From contig CAVPNL010000016.1 in assembly GCA_963706575.1 (NCBI GenBank), positions 1 to 50,036 of the forward strand: a stretch of 50,036 bases of DNA, read 5' to 3'. The DNA is from an uncultured delta proteobacterium (GTDB taxonomy: Bacteria; Desulfobacterota; Desulfobacteria; Desulfobacterales; JAHEIW01). Below, piece by piece: positions 39,372 to 49,250 of the stretch (the stretch's first letter is position 1; the number at the start of each line of letters is the position of its first letter). A program made the position numbers and the translations under genes. Under the pieces are notes generated by a model that was not told where the DNA came from, searched no databases, and was given only the letters and a program-made list of their open reading frames with translations.

Positions 39372-40712
39372 ATGGCATTAACCGGTATTCAGATTTTTAA
39401 ATTACTGCCGAAAACCAACTGCAAGGAATGCGGTGTTCCAACCTGCCTGGCATTCGCCATGAATCTGGCTTCGGGCAAGGCGGAACTGGACAGCTGCCCG
39501 TATGTCTCTGATGAGGCCCGGGAGCAACTGGCTGAGGCTTCAGCACCGCCCATCCGCCCGGTTGCCGTTGGAAAGGGCGTTCGTGCCGCCACCACGGGGG
39601 GGGAAACCGTTCAGTATCGTCATGAAAAAACCTTTTATAATCCTACCCTGCTCGCAGCGACAGTCGCATCCGACATTGCCGAATCGGATCTTGAAACCAA
39701 ACTGAAGGCCTGGAACGCATTACAGTATGAACGGGTCGGATTGAATCTGCGGCCGGAACTGGTGGCCCTTAAAGATGTCAACGGCGACAAGGATGCATTT
39801 GCCAGCACCGCCAAGAAAATTGCCGAAACCTCTGAGTTCAACCTGGTGCTGATGACCGAAGATCCGGGCGTAATGAAGGCGGCCGTCGATGTCTGTGGGT
39901 TCAAGCGACCGTTGATGTATGCCGCCACCGACAATAATGTGGATGACCTGGGGGCGATCGCCAAAGAACAGAATTTACCCCTGGCGGTGCGGGCTGATTC
40001 GGTGGAAGGCCTGGTTCCGCTGACCGAAAAGCTTGACGGGATGGGTGTCAAGGACATTGTTCTGGACCCGGGTTCCAGGGAAATCAAGCAGGCCCATCAG
40101 GATCAGGTGGCGATCCGCCGGGCGGCCTTAAAAGACCTGAACCGTTCGGTGGGCTATCCGACCATCACCTTTCCGTGCGAGATGGCCTCCAATCTGGACA
40201 TGGAGACCTTGATTGCCGGGACATTTGTCGCCAAATACGGCGGCATTGTCGTTCTTTCGGATTTTGCCGGTGAAAGCCTGTTTCCGCTCCTGCTGGAACG
40301 CTTGAACATTTATACCGATCCCCAGCGGCCCATGACGGTAACCGAGGGCATTTATGAAATCAATAATCCGGATGAAAACTCACCGGTACTGGTCACCACC
40401 AACTTTGCACTGACCTATTTTATCGTTTCCGGTGAAATAGAAGGCAGCCGGGTTCCGTCTTATTTGCTGATCAAGGATTCCGAGGGGCTTTCGGTAATGA
40501 CGGCCTGGGCCGCCGGCAAATTTGCCGGTGATGAAGTCGGCATGTTTGTGAAGAAATCTGGCATCGCTGACAAGGTCAAGCATCAGGAACTCATCATTCC
40601 GGGCTATGCCGCAGCCATTGCCGGAGAGGTTGAGGAAGAATTGCCCGGCTGGACGATTACGGTCGGACCCAGGGAAGCAGCGCATATTCCTGGATTCCTT
40701 AAAGCCAGGTAA
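39372..40712 (+). CDS. acsC: Corrinoid Fe-S protein large subunit (CdhE/gamma)
   Basis: LPKTNCKECGVPTCLAFA...CP, NIYTDPQ.P, TTNFALTYF, TAWAAGKF. Confidence 0.96.
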   Translation: MALTGIQIFKLLPKTNCKECGVPTCLAFAMNLASGKAELDSCPYVSDEAREQLAEASAPPIRPVAVGKGVRAATTGGETVQYRHEKTFYNPTLLAATVASDIAESDLETKLKAWNALQYERVGLNLRPELVALKDVNGDKDAFASTAKKIAETSEFNLVLMTEDPGVMKAAVDVCGFKRPLMYAATDNNVDDLGAIAKEQNLPLAVRADSVEGLVPLTEKLDGMGVKDIVLDPGSREIKQAHQDQVAIRRAALKDLNRSVGYPTITFPCEMASNLDMETLIAGTFVAKYGGIVVLSDFAGESLFPLLLERLNIYTDPQRPMTVTEGIYEINNPDENSPVLVTTNFALTYFIVSGEIEGSRVPSYLLIKDSEGLSVMTAWAAGKFAGDEVGMFVKKSGIADKVKHQELIIPGYAAAIAGEVEEELPGWTITVGPREAAHIPGFLKAR

Positions 40713-40720
40713 AATCACAC

Positions 40721-40873
40721 GGAATATTGGAATACTGGAACAATGGAATATGGGGTAATAAGAAACGGAAGATTACTTGCTTTAAAATCGTGTATGTTTT
40801 TGCCTGTTTAATACAAGCAACTCATTTGCGCAAAACCCATTTTTCCATGATTCCACAATTCCATTATTCCAAT
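40721..40873. repeat. Hairpin of tandem 8-nt TGGAATAT/ATTCCA units
   Basis: GGAATA(T/C)T-type units x4 inverted against TTCCA units x4, in the acsC-acsE gap. Confidence 0.65.
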
Positions 40874-40908
40874 TGGGGCGAAGCCCCCAACTGTGGGAGG
40901 GAGGGTGT

Positions 40909-41799
40909 ATGTATTTAATAGGAGAAAGCTTAAACGTCATATCTAAAAAGATCGGTACCGCTTATAAAGAACGGGATCCAAAGCCGATCCAGGAAGAAGC
41001 CCTTTTCCAGAAGGAAAAGGGGATGGATTACATCGACATCAACCTCGGTCCGGCCAAAAAAGACGGCCATGAACTGATGCCCTGGGTGGTGCAGACCGTT
41101 CAGGAAGTTGTGCCGGATGTGCCGCTGGCATTGGATACGTCCAACATCGATGCTATTGAGGCTGCGCTCAAGGTCTATAAAGAAACGCCCCTGCCGCCGC
41201 TGATTAACTCCATCATGGTCCGTCCCGAGCGTTACGAACGCATGGTTCCTTTGGCCGCAGAGCACAATGCGGACTTCATTGCACTGATGTGGGGGCCGGA
41301 AGGACTACCGCGGGATGAAAACGAACGGGCGGCACTTTGCGTTGAGCTGGTTTATTTTGCCAATGAAGCCGGTATCCCCAATGATAAGATCTGGGTCGAC
41401 GGCATCGTTACCCCCGTCAACATTCAGCAGCCGCAGCTCATAAGCCTGATGACCTTTCAGGAAATGTTGCCTGAAATTACACCGGAGGCCAAAAGTACCT
41501 GCGGGCTGTCCAATATTTCAAACGGGCCACCGGATCATCTGCGACCCATTCTCAATCAGACCTATATGGTCATGCTTGAAAAATATGGCATGTATTCCGT
41601 TATTGCAGACCCGTTGGATGACACCCTGATCGATATTGCCAAAGGCAAACGCCAGGACATTGTTGATCTGATATACGGGATGCTGGACGGCAACGAACCC
41701 GATATGGGCGCGCTTTCCGAGGAAATGCAAAATTACGCCAAGACCGTTAACGTGATCCTTGGAAAGACACTGTATTCGGATTCATGGCTTGAGCTTTAA
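40909..41799 (+). CDS. acsE: Methyltetrahydrofolate:corrinoid Fe-S protein methyltransferase
   Basis: Pterin-binding barrel IGESLN, DINLG, LDT, INS, GLSNISNG; last gene of the acs cluster. Confidence 0.85.
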   Translation: MYLIGESLNVISKKIGTAYKERDPKPIQEEALFQKEKGMDYIDINLGPAKKDGHELMPWVVQTVQEVVPDVPLALDTSNIDAIEAALKVYKETPLPPLINSIMVRPERYERMVPLAAEHNADFIALMWGPEGLPRDENERAALCVELVYFANEAGIPNDKIWVDGIVTPVNIQQPQLISLMTFQEMLPEITPEAKSTCGLSNISNGPPDHLRPILNQTYMVMLEKYGMYSVIADPLDDTLIDIAKGKRQDIVDLIYGMLDGNEPDMGALSEEMQNYAKTVNVILGKTLYSDSWLEL

Positions 41800-41832
41800 A
41801 AGCCACGTCCATTATCCATCGAACGAAATTTC

Positions 41833-41867
41833 AAAAAAGCCTCTCCCGGCATGGGAGGGGTTTTTTT
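41833..41867 (+). terminator. Intrinsic terminator of the acs operon
   Basis: A6-GCCTCTCCC-loop-GGGAGGGGT followed by a T tract. Confidence 0.75.
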
Positions 41868-41945
41868 CTTTTTACAGGCAGATTCAGGTCAATAGTTGTT
41901 GCGTGCTTTTCAATAAAGCTGTGAAACGTGAGCCCATCGGCAGAG

Positions 41946-42013
41946 AGCATAGCGCATGGCGCATAGCGTTTTGACAACCCGCAACCCTTTGCGCTATGCC
42001 CCATGCGCTATGC
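41946..42013. repeat. Hairpin of tandem GCATAGC/GCTATGC units
   Basis: GCATAGCGCATGGCGCATAGCG vs GCGCTATGCCCCATGCGCTATGC. Confidence 0.7.
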
Positions 42014-42231
42014 CCAATCCTCGAACCCCTTGGGTTTCCTTGAAATCGGACGCGATCTTTGATACGCTGAAGGTCTTGACAGGCGCAGGATTACTGATGA
42101 CTATTTTATCATTCAGGTTAACGAATTAAACCAATCGAACCAATTAAACCGATGTAACGTTTGAAACTTAAACTGGACTCTGTACCTGGCAACTTAACTT
42201 GGTTTTCCCTATCATTGAAGGAAAACAGACT

Positions 42232-45200
42232 GTGACGGTTAAATCCAAAGCCCTTGAAATCAATCTGGCCGACTATCATGTTGATGTCGACATAGATGAA
42301 AAATATGCCATCCTTCAGGAAGTGATGTCTAAATATTACGGCCTGATGGAAGGGTTGAACACCTTCCTGAAAGAGCTCTCCCATCCCTATAAAAATTGGC
42401 GCTTTATTGTGACGGAAACCCGGAAATATTCTCTCGAATATTTTCATCTGATTAAAAACCATCCCAAAGGACCGACCGCGGCAAATCTTTTTAGCGGTAT
42501 ATTCTTTGATGCGGTGGAGTCGGATGTTGAAATGGCTGTGAAGGTCGATGCCATTGATAACCTGCAGCTGTTTTTGCAGAAAGTCGTAAAGGAATCCGAC
42601 TCAAATCTGGAGACATTTTTACCGTTTATCAACAGTGCCCTTTTGCGAATTGCCAATTTGCCCGACGATCATTTTGCCCTCTTTACCCGCAGCTATTATC
42701 AAATCAATCGGCTGGCTGAGACCTTTCTAAACTGCGCGCCTAAAACCGATGGTGTTTTTAATGCCATCAACCGGCTGCTAATGAAATTTTATAACTTTAC
42801 CTATGATTATTGGCTGGCAGAAAGTGATCCCCAAGCATGGTTTGAAGCGGAAGTTTCTGAAATTAAGTCGCAAAACGAATACGGGGAGTTTTTTAAGTTC
42901 ATTTCCCATTCGCAGCTGCAAAACTGGAAGCACCAGCTGGATCGGATTGCAAACGCAAAAAAGCAAAAATCCGACAAAGTACTGGCCTTACTACTGGCGC
43001 TTCCCGGATATAGCCAGATTGTAGATGCCTACCGCCGGATCCCTGCCGGTCTGCTAAAAAGCGGGAACGAAAATGGTCGCGGACGGCATCTGAAGCTCAT
43101 TTTCCTGTTTCAAATCATGAATGTTGCCGGGCTTTCGCTGATCCACGAGGAAACCCTAAGGGAGATTAACCAGACCCTGGGCTGGATCATTGAAAATGAA
43201 AATTACCGCCACATCCAAAACCTGATCCAGAAGACATTTTCTATTTTAAAAGAGCGCGCCAGTATGTACCCGGCCACGGCCCTTAATTGTGTGCTGAATA
43301 TGGGCAAAGGCGTTTATAAAACCGATGATATCGACCTCATTAATTATTTTATCGATTCGGTCATCGATTTGGGTTTTGCCGCGCCCAATATTCGAGGTGT
43401 GGACAATAACTGGCAGATACAGGTGAACAAAACCCACATCTTAAATATTCGGACCTGGCTGGAGTTGATCGAATTAGATCCAAAACGGTCCACCCGCTTG
43501 CTATCAGCCCTGATCATCCATCTGTCCCTTTACGGTGTGTTTATCAAGGATATTGATCTTTTTCCGCGTGACATTACCCAATTTTTAAACAGTGGCATCA
43601 GTTCCGTATTTAACCTTGCCAAACAGCTGACACGACTGTTTCCGGTATATTTCAATGATATTGGTGCCGAGGGCAAGCTGCGGGATATATCCACGCGCAT
43701 TGATGAGATTACCCAGCGCCACGATATTCTAATCCATTTTTTAAGAAAGCAAAGCCACGTGGAAAGCAGCAACCGCATCATCGATCTGATGGCGGCGGTC
43801 CTTTATTTCTGGCAAACACGAGATAAGACCCGCCTTTCGCCCCATTTGCCGCCGGTGATTTATGATCAGATCGATACGCAAGGACCTTACATCGATGGCG
43901 TTTTTCAAATTATGGCACAATTAAGGCAAAAGGGGATTCGCGATCCGAATGATCTAATTGCAGTTAGCGAAAAAAACGTCAAACAATGGCTGGCGACAAT
44001 TAAAGGTGTGCCCGACTCGGATGTTCAGCGCGTTGAGCTGGCGGCTGTCTTTTACAAGATTTTGAACGAGAAATATAATTTCGATTTAATTGAGCAGGAT
44101 GCTTTCCTGGCCCAGCTCAGAACCGGGGCGTTGCCGGATTTGAACCGGTTGGAGCAGGCGTTTGCAGAATCTGATTTGCATAAACGACTTTTTCTGCTGC
44201 TTGAATATATGGAGAAACTACAGGCGGTTATTCTGTCTGATGAATCCTTTGAAATCCGACAGGATATTTATAAAAAAAGACATATTACCATCGATATACC
44301 GTCGATGTACGGCAGTTATCATGAAATGAAGTTTGACTGTCTGGGGCTTTCCTTTCGAATCGAGTCTCTGGTCAATGTTCATTTTGAGGAGCTCATTGAG
44401 GATATTGATCTCAGCCTGATTACCAAAGCCACTTTTCACCAAATTTACAGTTTGCTGAGGCTTTTTGACAGAGCATTGAAACTGGACGGAATTTCATCGA
44501 AAGAATTCGAACGCCAGCTCGAATTTCTGGCCCATTCTCTGGAAGTCAAAGGCTTCACGTTAACCCAATACCTGGATATTTTTAAAGGATTTGCCCAGGC
44601 CGTTAAGAACATCGTCAATGATTATTTTAATAACATTCATGGGCAGAACCTGACCCGGATTTTAGCCCAGACGCCGCCCGATGCGCTGCAGCCAAAATTT
44701 TTGACGAGTGAGGAAGCCATTGACAGCGAAAAACAGCAGCATCGGGTTTCGGAGATCTTTTTCCGCGACCGCATTGCGCTGAGCCTGGGGCTGCAACAGC
44801 TCGATTTGTTCTTAAGTCGGATTTTAAGCACCCTTTTTCAACAGTCCTACAAATTACCCAAAGACAAGCTCCAGCGGCTGCTTCTTTATGATCCGCAGAA
44901 TGCCATAACGCCGATTGACTCATCCTTAGCGCGCTTAACCGGAATCATATACCTGGGCAATAAAGGGCTCAACATGGTGCGGCTGAAAAGTTTCGGGTAT
45001 CCGGTGCCGCCGGGTTTTATCATCACCACCGAAGTGTTTCGCTGTCGGGAAATCATTCAAAGCTACCCGCCGGCCGAGCAAAATTTTAGGGGAAAAATTT
45101 TACAAAATATTTCGACACTGGAAAAAGCCACCGGTAAAGTTTTCGGTGACAGCCAAAACCCGTTACTGCTTTCGGTGCGCAGCGGCTCCGCTATATCCCA

Positions 45201-46428
45201 GCCCGGGATGATGGATACCCTGCTGGACGTCGGTAACAATGAAGAAATTACAGAAGGCATCGCCAAACAAACGGGCAATGCCTGGTTTGCCTGGGACAAT
45301 TACCGCCGGTTTTTGCAATGTTACGGGATGGCTTTTGGCTTGAAGCGCGATGATTTCGATGCGATTATCAGTGAGTCCAAACAACGGCTGGGAATCCCGC
45401 TGAAAAAAGAATTTACCGGAGATCAAATGCGCGAGGTTGCGCTGACCTATAAAGACCTGATTCACGATGCCGGCATCGAGGTGGCTGAAAGCCCCTATGA
45501 GCAGCTGCACCTGGCCATCAAGGCGGTTCTGACCTCCTGGGAATCACCAAGGGCCATGGCATATCGTCGGATTATGGGAATATCAGAGGACTGGGGCACG
45601 GCCGTTACCGTTCAGTCTATGGTCTATGGCAATATATCCCAGCAGTCAGGCAGCGGTGTTGTCTTTACGCACAACCCTCGGTGGTCCGGCGATACCCTTA
45701 AACTCTGGGGGGATTTTACCATCGGCAACCAGGGAGAAGATGTTGTCTCCGGATTGGTAAGTACCATGCCGATTTCGATTTTCCAGCAAGAAATTGAAAT
45801 GCGGGAAACCGACGTCACCTTGGAGACCCATTTTCCGGAGATTTATCGGGCCTTAAAAGATTGGGCTCATGAGCTGATTGATGGAAGGGGGTGGAGTCCG
45901 CAGGAAATTGAGTTTACCTTCGAAGGGCCCTCACGTGATGATTTGTATTTGCTCCAAACACGCGATATGGCCATTCGGGAACGCAAAGCGGTGCTGACCT
46001 TCGATTTTGAGGAAGATCCCCAGGCCTTGTATCTGGGACACGGTGTCGGCGTCAGTGGCGGTGCCATGAGCGGTCGTCTGGTATTTACCCTTGAAGAGAT
46101 CGAAGAATGGCGCCTCATGGATCCCGGTACGCATTTGATTCTGGCCCGCAACGACACCGTACCGGATGATATTCAGGAAATTCATGCCGCCGATGGGTTA
46201 TTGACCGCCCGGGGCGGGCTCACCTCTCATGCAGCGGTTATTGCGCATCGGCTGGGAAAAACCTGTGTGGTGAACTGTACCAATTTGGATTGCAATGAAA
46301 AGGAAAAGTATTGCGAATTTAATCAATTAAGAATTAGATCCGGGGAGCACATCAGCATCGACGGCCACGAGGGTTCGGTTTATCAGGGTTTGACCAAAGT
46401 TACAGAAACCAGGAAAGGAGCAAAATAG
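42232..46428 (+). CDS. Giant PPDK-like dikinase: ~900-aa unknown N-terminal region + ATP-grasp + phospho-His domain, no pyruvate/PEP barrel
   Basis: LGNKG, PVPPGFIITT, SVRSGS..SQPGMMDT, QGEDVVSG, EIEFTFE, LLQTR, GGLTSHAAV, ISIDG..G; the protein ends there. Probable GTG start at 42232 after GAAGGA. Confidence 0.85.
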   Translation: MTVKSKALEINLADYHVDVDIDEKYAILQEVMSKYYGLMEGLNTFLKELSHPYKNWRFIVTETRKYSLEYFHLIKNHPKGPTAANLFSGIFFDAVESDVEMAVKVDAIDNLQLFLQKVVKESDSNLETFLPFINSALLRIANLPDDHFALFTRSYYQINRLAETFLNCAPKTDGVFNAINRLLMKFYNFTYDYWLAESDPQAWFEAEVSEIKSQNEYGEFFKFISHSQLQNWKHQLDRIANAKKQKSDKVLALLLALPGYSQIVDAYRRIPAGLLKSGNENGRGRHLKLIFLFQIMNVAGLSLIHEETLREINQTLGWIIENENYRHIQNLIQKTFSILKERASMYPATALNCVLNMGKGVYKTDDIDLINYFIDSVIDLGFAAPNIRGVDNNWQIQVNKTHILNIRTWLELIELDPKRSTRLLSALIIHLSLYGVFIKDIDLFPRDITQFLNSGISSVFNLAKQLTRLFPVYFNDIGAEGKLRDISTRIDEITQRHDILIHFLRKQSHVESSNRIIDLMAAVLYFWQTRDKTRLSPHLPPVIYDQIDTQGPYIDGVFQIMAQLRQKGIRDPNDLIAVSEKNVKQWLATIKGVPDSDVQRVELAAVFYKILNEKYNFDLIEQDAFLAQLRTGALPDLNRLEQAFAESDLHKRLFLLLEYMEKLQAVILSDESFEIRQDIYKKRHITIDIPSMYGSYHEMKFDCLGLSFRIESLVNVHFEELIEDIDLSLITKATFHQIYSLLRLFDRALKLDGISSKEFERQLEFLAHSLEVKGFTLTQYLDIFKGFAQAVKNIVNDYFNNIHGQNLTRILAQTPPDALQPKFLTSEEAIDSEKQQHRVSEIFFRDRIALSLGLQQLDLFLSRILSTLFQQSYKLPKDKLQRLLLYDPQNAITPIDSSLARLTGIIYLGNKGLNMVRLKSFGYPVPPGFIITTEVFRCREIIQSYPPAEQNFRGKILQNISTLEKATGKVFGDSQNPLLLSVRSGSAISQPGMMDTLLDVGNNEEITEGIAKQTGNAWFAWDNYRRFLQCYGMAFGLKRDDFDAIISESKQRLGIPLKKEFTGDQMREVALTYKDLIHDAGIEVAESPYEQLHLAIKAVLTSWESPRAMAYRRIMGISEDWGTAVTVQSMVYGNISQQSGSGVVFTHNPRWSGDTLKLWGDFTIGNQGEDVVSGLVSTMPISIFQQEIEMRETDVTLETHFPEIYRALKDWAHELIDGRGWSPQEIEFTFEGPSRDDLYLLQTRDMAIRERKAVLTFDFEEDPQALYLGHGVGVSGGAMSGRLVFTLEEIEEWRLMDPGTHLILARNDTVPDDIQEIHAADGLLTARGGLTSHAAVIAHRLGKTCVVNCTNLDCNEKEKYCEFNQLRIRSGEHISIDGHEGSVYQGLTKVTETRKGAK

Positions 46429-46430
46429 GC

Positions 46431-47693
46431 ATGGGCAAAGACAGGTTACATTCAGACGGTAACAGGTTGGGTGTAAACGGGTTTGGCCGGATTGGCAAAC
46501 TGACACTCTGGCACCATGTCGGACGCAAATATTTCGATGAAATAATTGTCAATATCGGACGACAGCCGGGATCATGCCTCGAAGACATTGCCCATTATGT
46601 TGAACGGGATTCAACTTACGGTTGGCTGCACGGTTATCTTCACGGACATACAGCTGAACCGGTGATCAGCGATCTGGATGAGGAAAACGGATCGATGGTT
46701 ATTGATGGCGTCAAGGTGAGCTTTCTGCGATCACAGCGGAATCCGGCTGAAATTGGATGGGGCGATCAGGGCGTTCAGCTGGTCGTCGATACCACCGGTC
46801 AGTTTCTGGATCCGACGCTCGAACCGACTCAAACCGGGGGCGCCCTCAGGGGTCATTTAGAGGCCGGTGCTGAAAAAGTAATTGTTTCTGCCCCGTTTAA
46901 GTTTAAAGACAAGGGCACGGCTGTGCCCGAAGATGCGGTGACCACCGTGATGGGAATTAATGAAACCGACTATGACGCCAGGCGTCATAAAGTCATTTCA
47001 AATGCTTCTTGCACGACAACCTGTCTGGCGCATATGGTGAAACCCTTGATTAATGCCTTCGGTCCTAAAAAGATCATGTCGGCATCCATGGCCACCGTTC
47101 ATGCTGCCACCGGGTCGCAAGAGGTGCTGGATCGGCTTCCGAAAACCGGAAAAGTCGATCTTCGAAAAAACAGAAGCATTTTGAACAATATCATTCTAAC
47201 CACCACCGGCGCCGCCAATACATTGAGATTGGTAATTCCGGAAATGGAAGAAATCGCCTTCATTGCTGAATCCGTCCGAATCCCGGTTCAGACCGGATCA
47301 TTGATCATCCTGGTGATTAACCTTCAGGAAGAGCCGAGTGGCCCATTTATCACCCGGGATGACATCAATGCCATATTTGAGCAGGCGGCTGCAGAGAACG
47401 CCCATGGCTACCTTTACTTTACGAACAAACAGAATGTTTCCTGCGATATTATCGGCATTCCGCGGGTTGCCGCTACAATTGAAGGGCACGAAACCCACAC
47501 TCGGACGGCAGAGGCCACGATTGATCTGAAAAAAGTACCAGGTCTGGAAAAGGAAGCTATGGCCAATCTCCATCAGTCAATTATCCGGGTGCCGGTCACC
47601 CAGGCCGTTATCTATGGCTGGTATGATAATGAAATGGGAAGTTATGTGAATATGCTGGGGGATCGTACGGTATCCATTGCAGAGGATATGTAG
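46431..47693 (+). CDS. gap: Divergent glyceraldehyde-3-phosphate dehydrogenase-family protein (420 aa)
   Basis: GVNGFGRIG, DSTYG, SNASCTTTCL, VHAAT, WYDNE. Confidence 0.8.
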   Translation: MGKDRLHSDGNRLGVNGFGRIGKLTLWHHVGRKYFDEIIVNIGRQPGSCLEDIAHYVERDSTYGWLHGYLHGHTAEPVISDLDEENGSMVIDGVKVSFLRSQRNPAEIGWGDQGVQLVVDTTGQFLDPTLEPTQTGGALRGHLEAGAEKVIVSAPFKFKDKGTAVPEDAVTTVMGINETDYDARRHKVISNASCTTTCLAHMVKPLINAFGPKKIMSASMATVHAATGSQEVLDRLPKTGKVDLRKNRSILNNIILTTTGAANTLRLVIPEMEEIAFIAESVRIPVQTGSLIILVINLQEEPSGPFITRDDINAIFEQAAAENAHGYLYFTNKQNVSCDIIGIPRVAATIEGHETHTRTAEATIDLKKVPGLEKEAMANLHQSIIRVPVTQAVIYGWYDNEMGSYVNMLGDRTVSIAEDM

Positions 47694-47795
47694 GGGGGCT
47701 ATCTGAAGAATATCCCTTTCAGTCACCCGAGCGGACCGATTGGGGAGATTAACCATTACAATCAGGAGTAATGGAGTGCTGGAGCATATAATATT

Positions 47796-47880
47796 TCGGA
47801 TTGCAGATTGCAGATTTCGGATTTAACTGCGCAGAATGCCTGATATTACAATCTGCAATCCGCAATCTAAAATCCGCAAT
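47796..47880. repeat. Hairpin of tandem 7-nt TTGCAGA/AATCCGC units
   Basis: TTCGGATTGCAGATTGCAGATTTCGGATTT vs AATCTGCAATCCGCAATCTAAAATCCGCAAT, between convergent genes. Confidence 0.7.
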
Positions 47881-47973
47881 TTATTTTCTCCATCACTCCG
47901 GCATCTTGTGGCTTCTGAGTTAAACGACCTGAACAGCCACTCATTGGGCCGACAGAGTGAACGGTTTGAACCG

Positions 47974-48270
47974 TTATTCCGCAAATCCGTAATGAAAGAT
48001 CTCGTAATCTGTTTGGCCGCCCAGCAGGGCATCGATCTGGCCTTGAATCTGTTGGCGATCACTGCTTTGCACCCATCGTTTCCAGTCATCCGATGTTTCC
48101 CATGTGCTGATCACCAGGAATTCGCCCGGCTTTTCAAGATTTCGCATTGTTTCTCCGGTAATATAACCGGGCTGTTCATTTGCAAGCGTGCGCATCTTGC
48201 GGAACAGCGGGATCATTTTTCTTGCCTTGTCTTCAGGCACGTTTCGCCGAATCAATATTTTAACTGCCAT
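47974..48270 (-). CDS. Antibiotic biosynthesis monooxygenase (ABM)-family protein
   Basis: QPGYITGET, FLVISTWETSDDW; RBS GGAGG. Confidence 0.85.
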   Translation of the reverse strand: MAVKILIRRNVPEDKARKMIPLFRKMRTLANEQPGYITGETMRNLEKPGEFLVISTWETSDDWKRWVQSSDRQQIQGQIDALLGGQTDYEIFHYGFAE

Positions 48271-48346
48271 TGGGTCCTCCCTTTTAGGATAGACGGATTA
48301 AGCTATTTTTGTTCGCTTTAAAACATAATATTACTGCGCCACCGGG

Positions 48347-49210
48347 TCAAGTAACATTTAGAGAATTAATAACCTGCGCCAAACTTATTTGAAGGGCCAC
48401 GAATTCAGCCGCGTCGAGGGTTTCAGCACGCCGTCCCGGATCGATGCCTGCTGCTGCCAATGCCTGTTGGGCATACTGCGGATCAATGTGGAGACCACTG
48501 GCCGACAGCGCATTTTTAAGCGTTTTACGCCGGTTGCCAAATGCCGCCTTGATCACCTGAAAAAGCATGGTCTCATCATGTGGCGGATACGCGCGTGAAA
48601 TATTGAAATTGACCTCCACGACTTCGGAGTCGATTTTGGGTGCCGGATAAAAAAGAGAAGATGCGATCGCTGCGATGGATTTTATTTCGGCGCAATACGA
48701 CAGCATGACGGTCAATCTTCCGTAATCCTTGTTACCGGGGCTGGCCGTAATTCGCCGGGCCAGCTCCTTTTGAAACATTAAAATTGCCCGGTTTACATGA
48801 TCTCTGGTTTCGATGAGCTGGACCAGGACCTGTGAAGAGATGTTATAGGGCAGATTCCCCATCACAATTAAGCGGTGATCCAATTTTTTTGCCAGTGTAT
48901 GGATATCGAGGCGAAGTATATTTTTTTCGATGATTTCAACATTCGTCAGTTTGTGAACAAGCAATTCGGTCTTCAGTAACTGAACCAATTGGGGATCCGT
49001 TTCAACCGCATAAACACATCCGGCGATCTTTGCAGCCGGAATCGTCAGTGCTCCCAGACCGGCACCGATTTCCATAACCGTGTCCTTCGATGTAATCTGG
49101 GAACGCCGAACAATCATTTCGGCCGTAGAGGGATCAGTCAAAAAATGTTGACCCAGCTTTTTTTTGGGCCGTAAATTCCAGGCGTTCAGCAATACTTTGG
49201 GAGATGTCAT
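48347..49210 (-). CDS. rsmA: 16S rRNA m6,2A dimethyltransferase KsgA
   Basis: KKLGQHFL, EIGAGLGALT, GNLPYNIS, MFQKE, YGRL, P.PKIDS, RRKTL.N, RAETL. Confidence 0.95.
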   Translation of the reverse strand: MTSPKVLLNAWNLRPKKKLGQHFLTDPSTAEMIVRRSQITSKDTVMEIGAGLGALTIPAAKIAGCVYAVETDPQLVQLLKTELLVHKLTNVEIIEKNILRLDIHTLAKKLDHRLIVMGNLPYNISSQVLVQLIETRDHVNRAILMFQKELARRITASPGNKDYGRLTVMLSYCAEIKSIAAIASSLFYPAPKIDSEVVEVNFNISRAYPPHDETMLFQVIKAAFGNRRKTLKNALSASGLHIDPQYAQQALAAAGIDPGRRAETLDAAEFVALQISLAQVINSLNVT

Positions 49211-49250
49211 AATAGTTCGGTTCGTGTTTATTTTAGGCAAAACAATTTTC

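Noticed and set aside
42232..46428. Annotation as ordinary ppdK/ppsA, or as a truncated ppdK pseudogene
   Set aside because: The pyruvate-binding domain is absent, yet the ORF is intact over ~4.2 kb with conserved catalytic motifs and ends cleanly at the next gene's RBS/start
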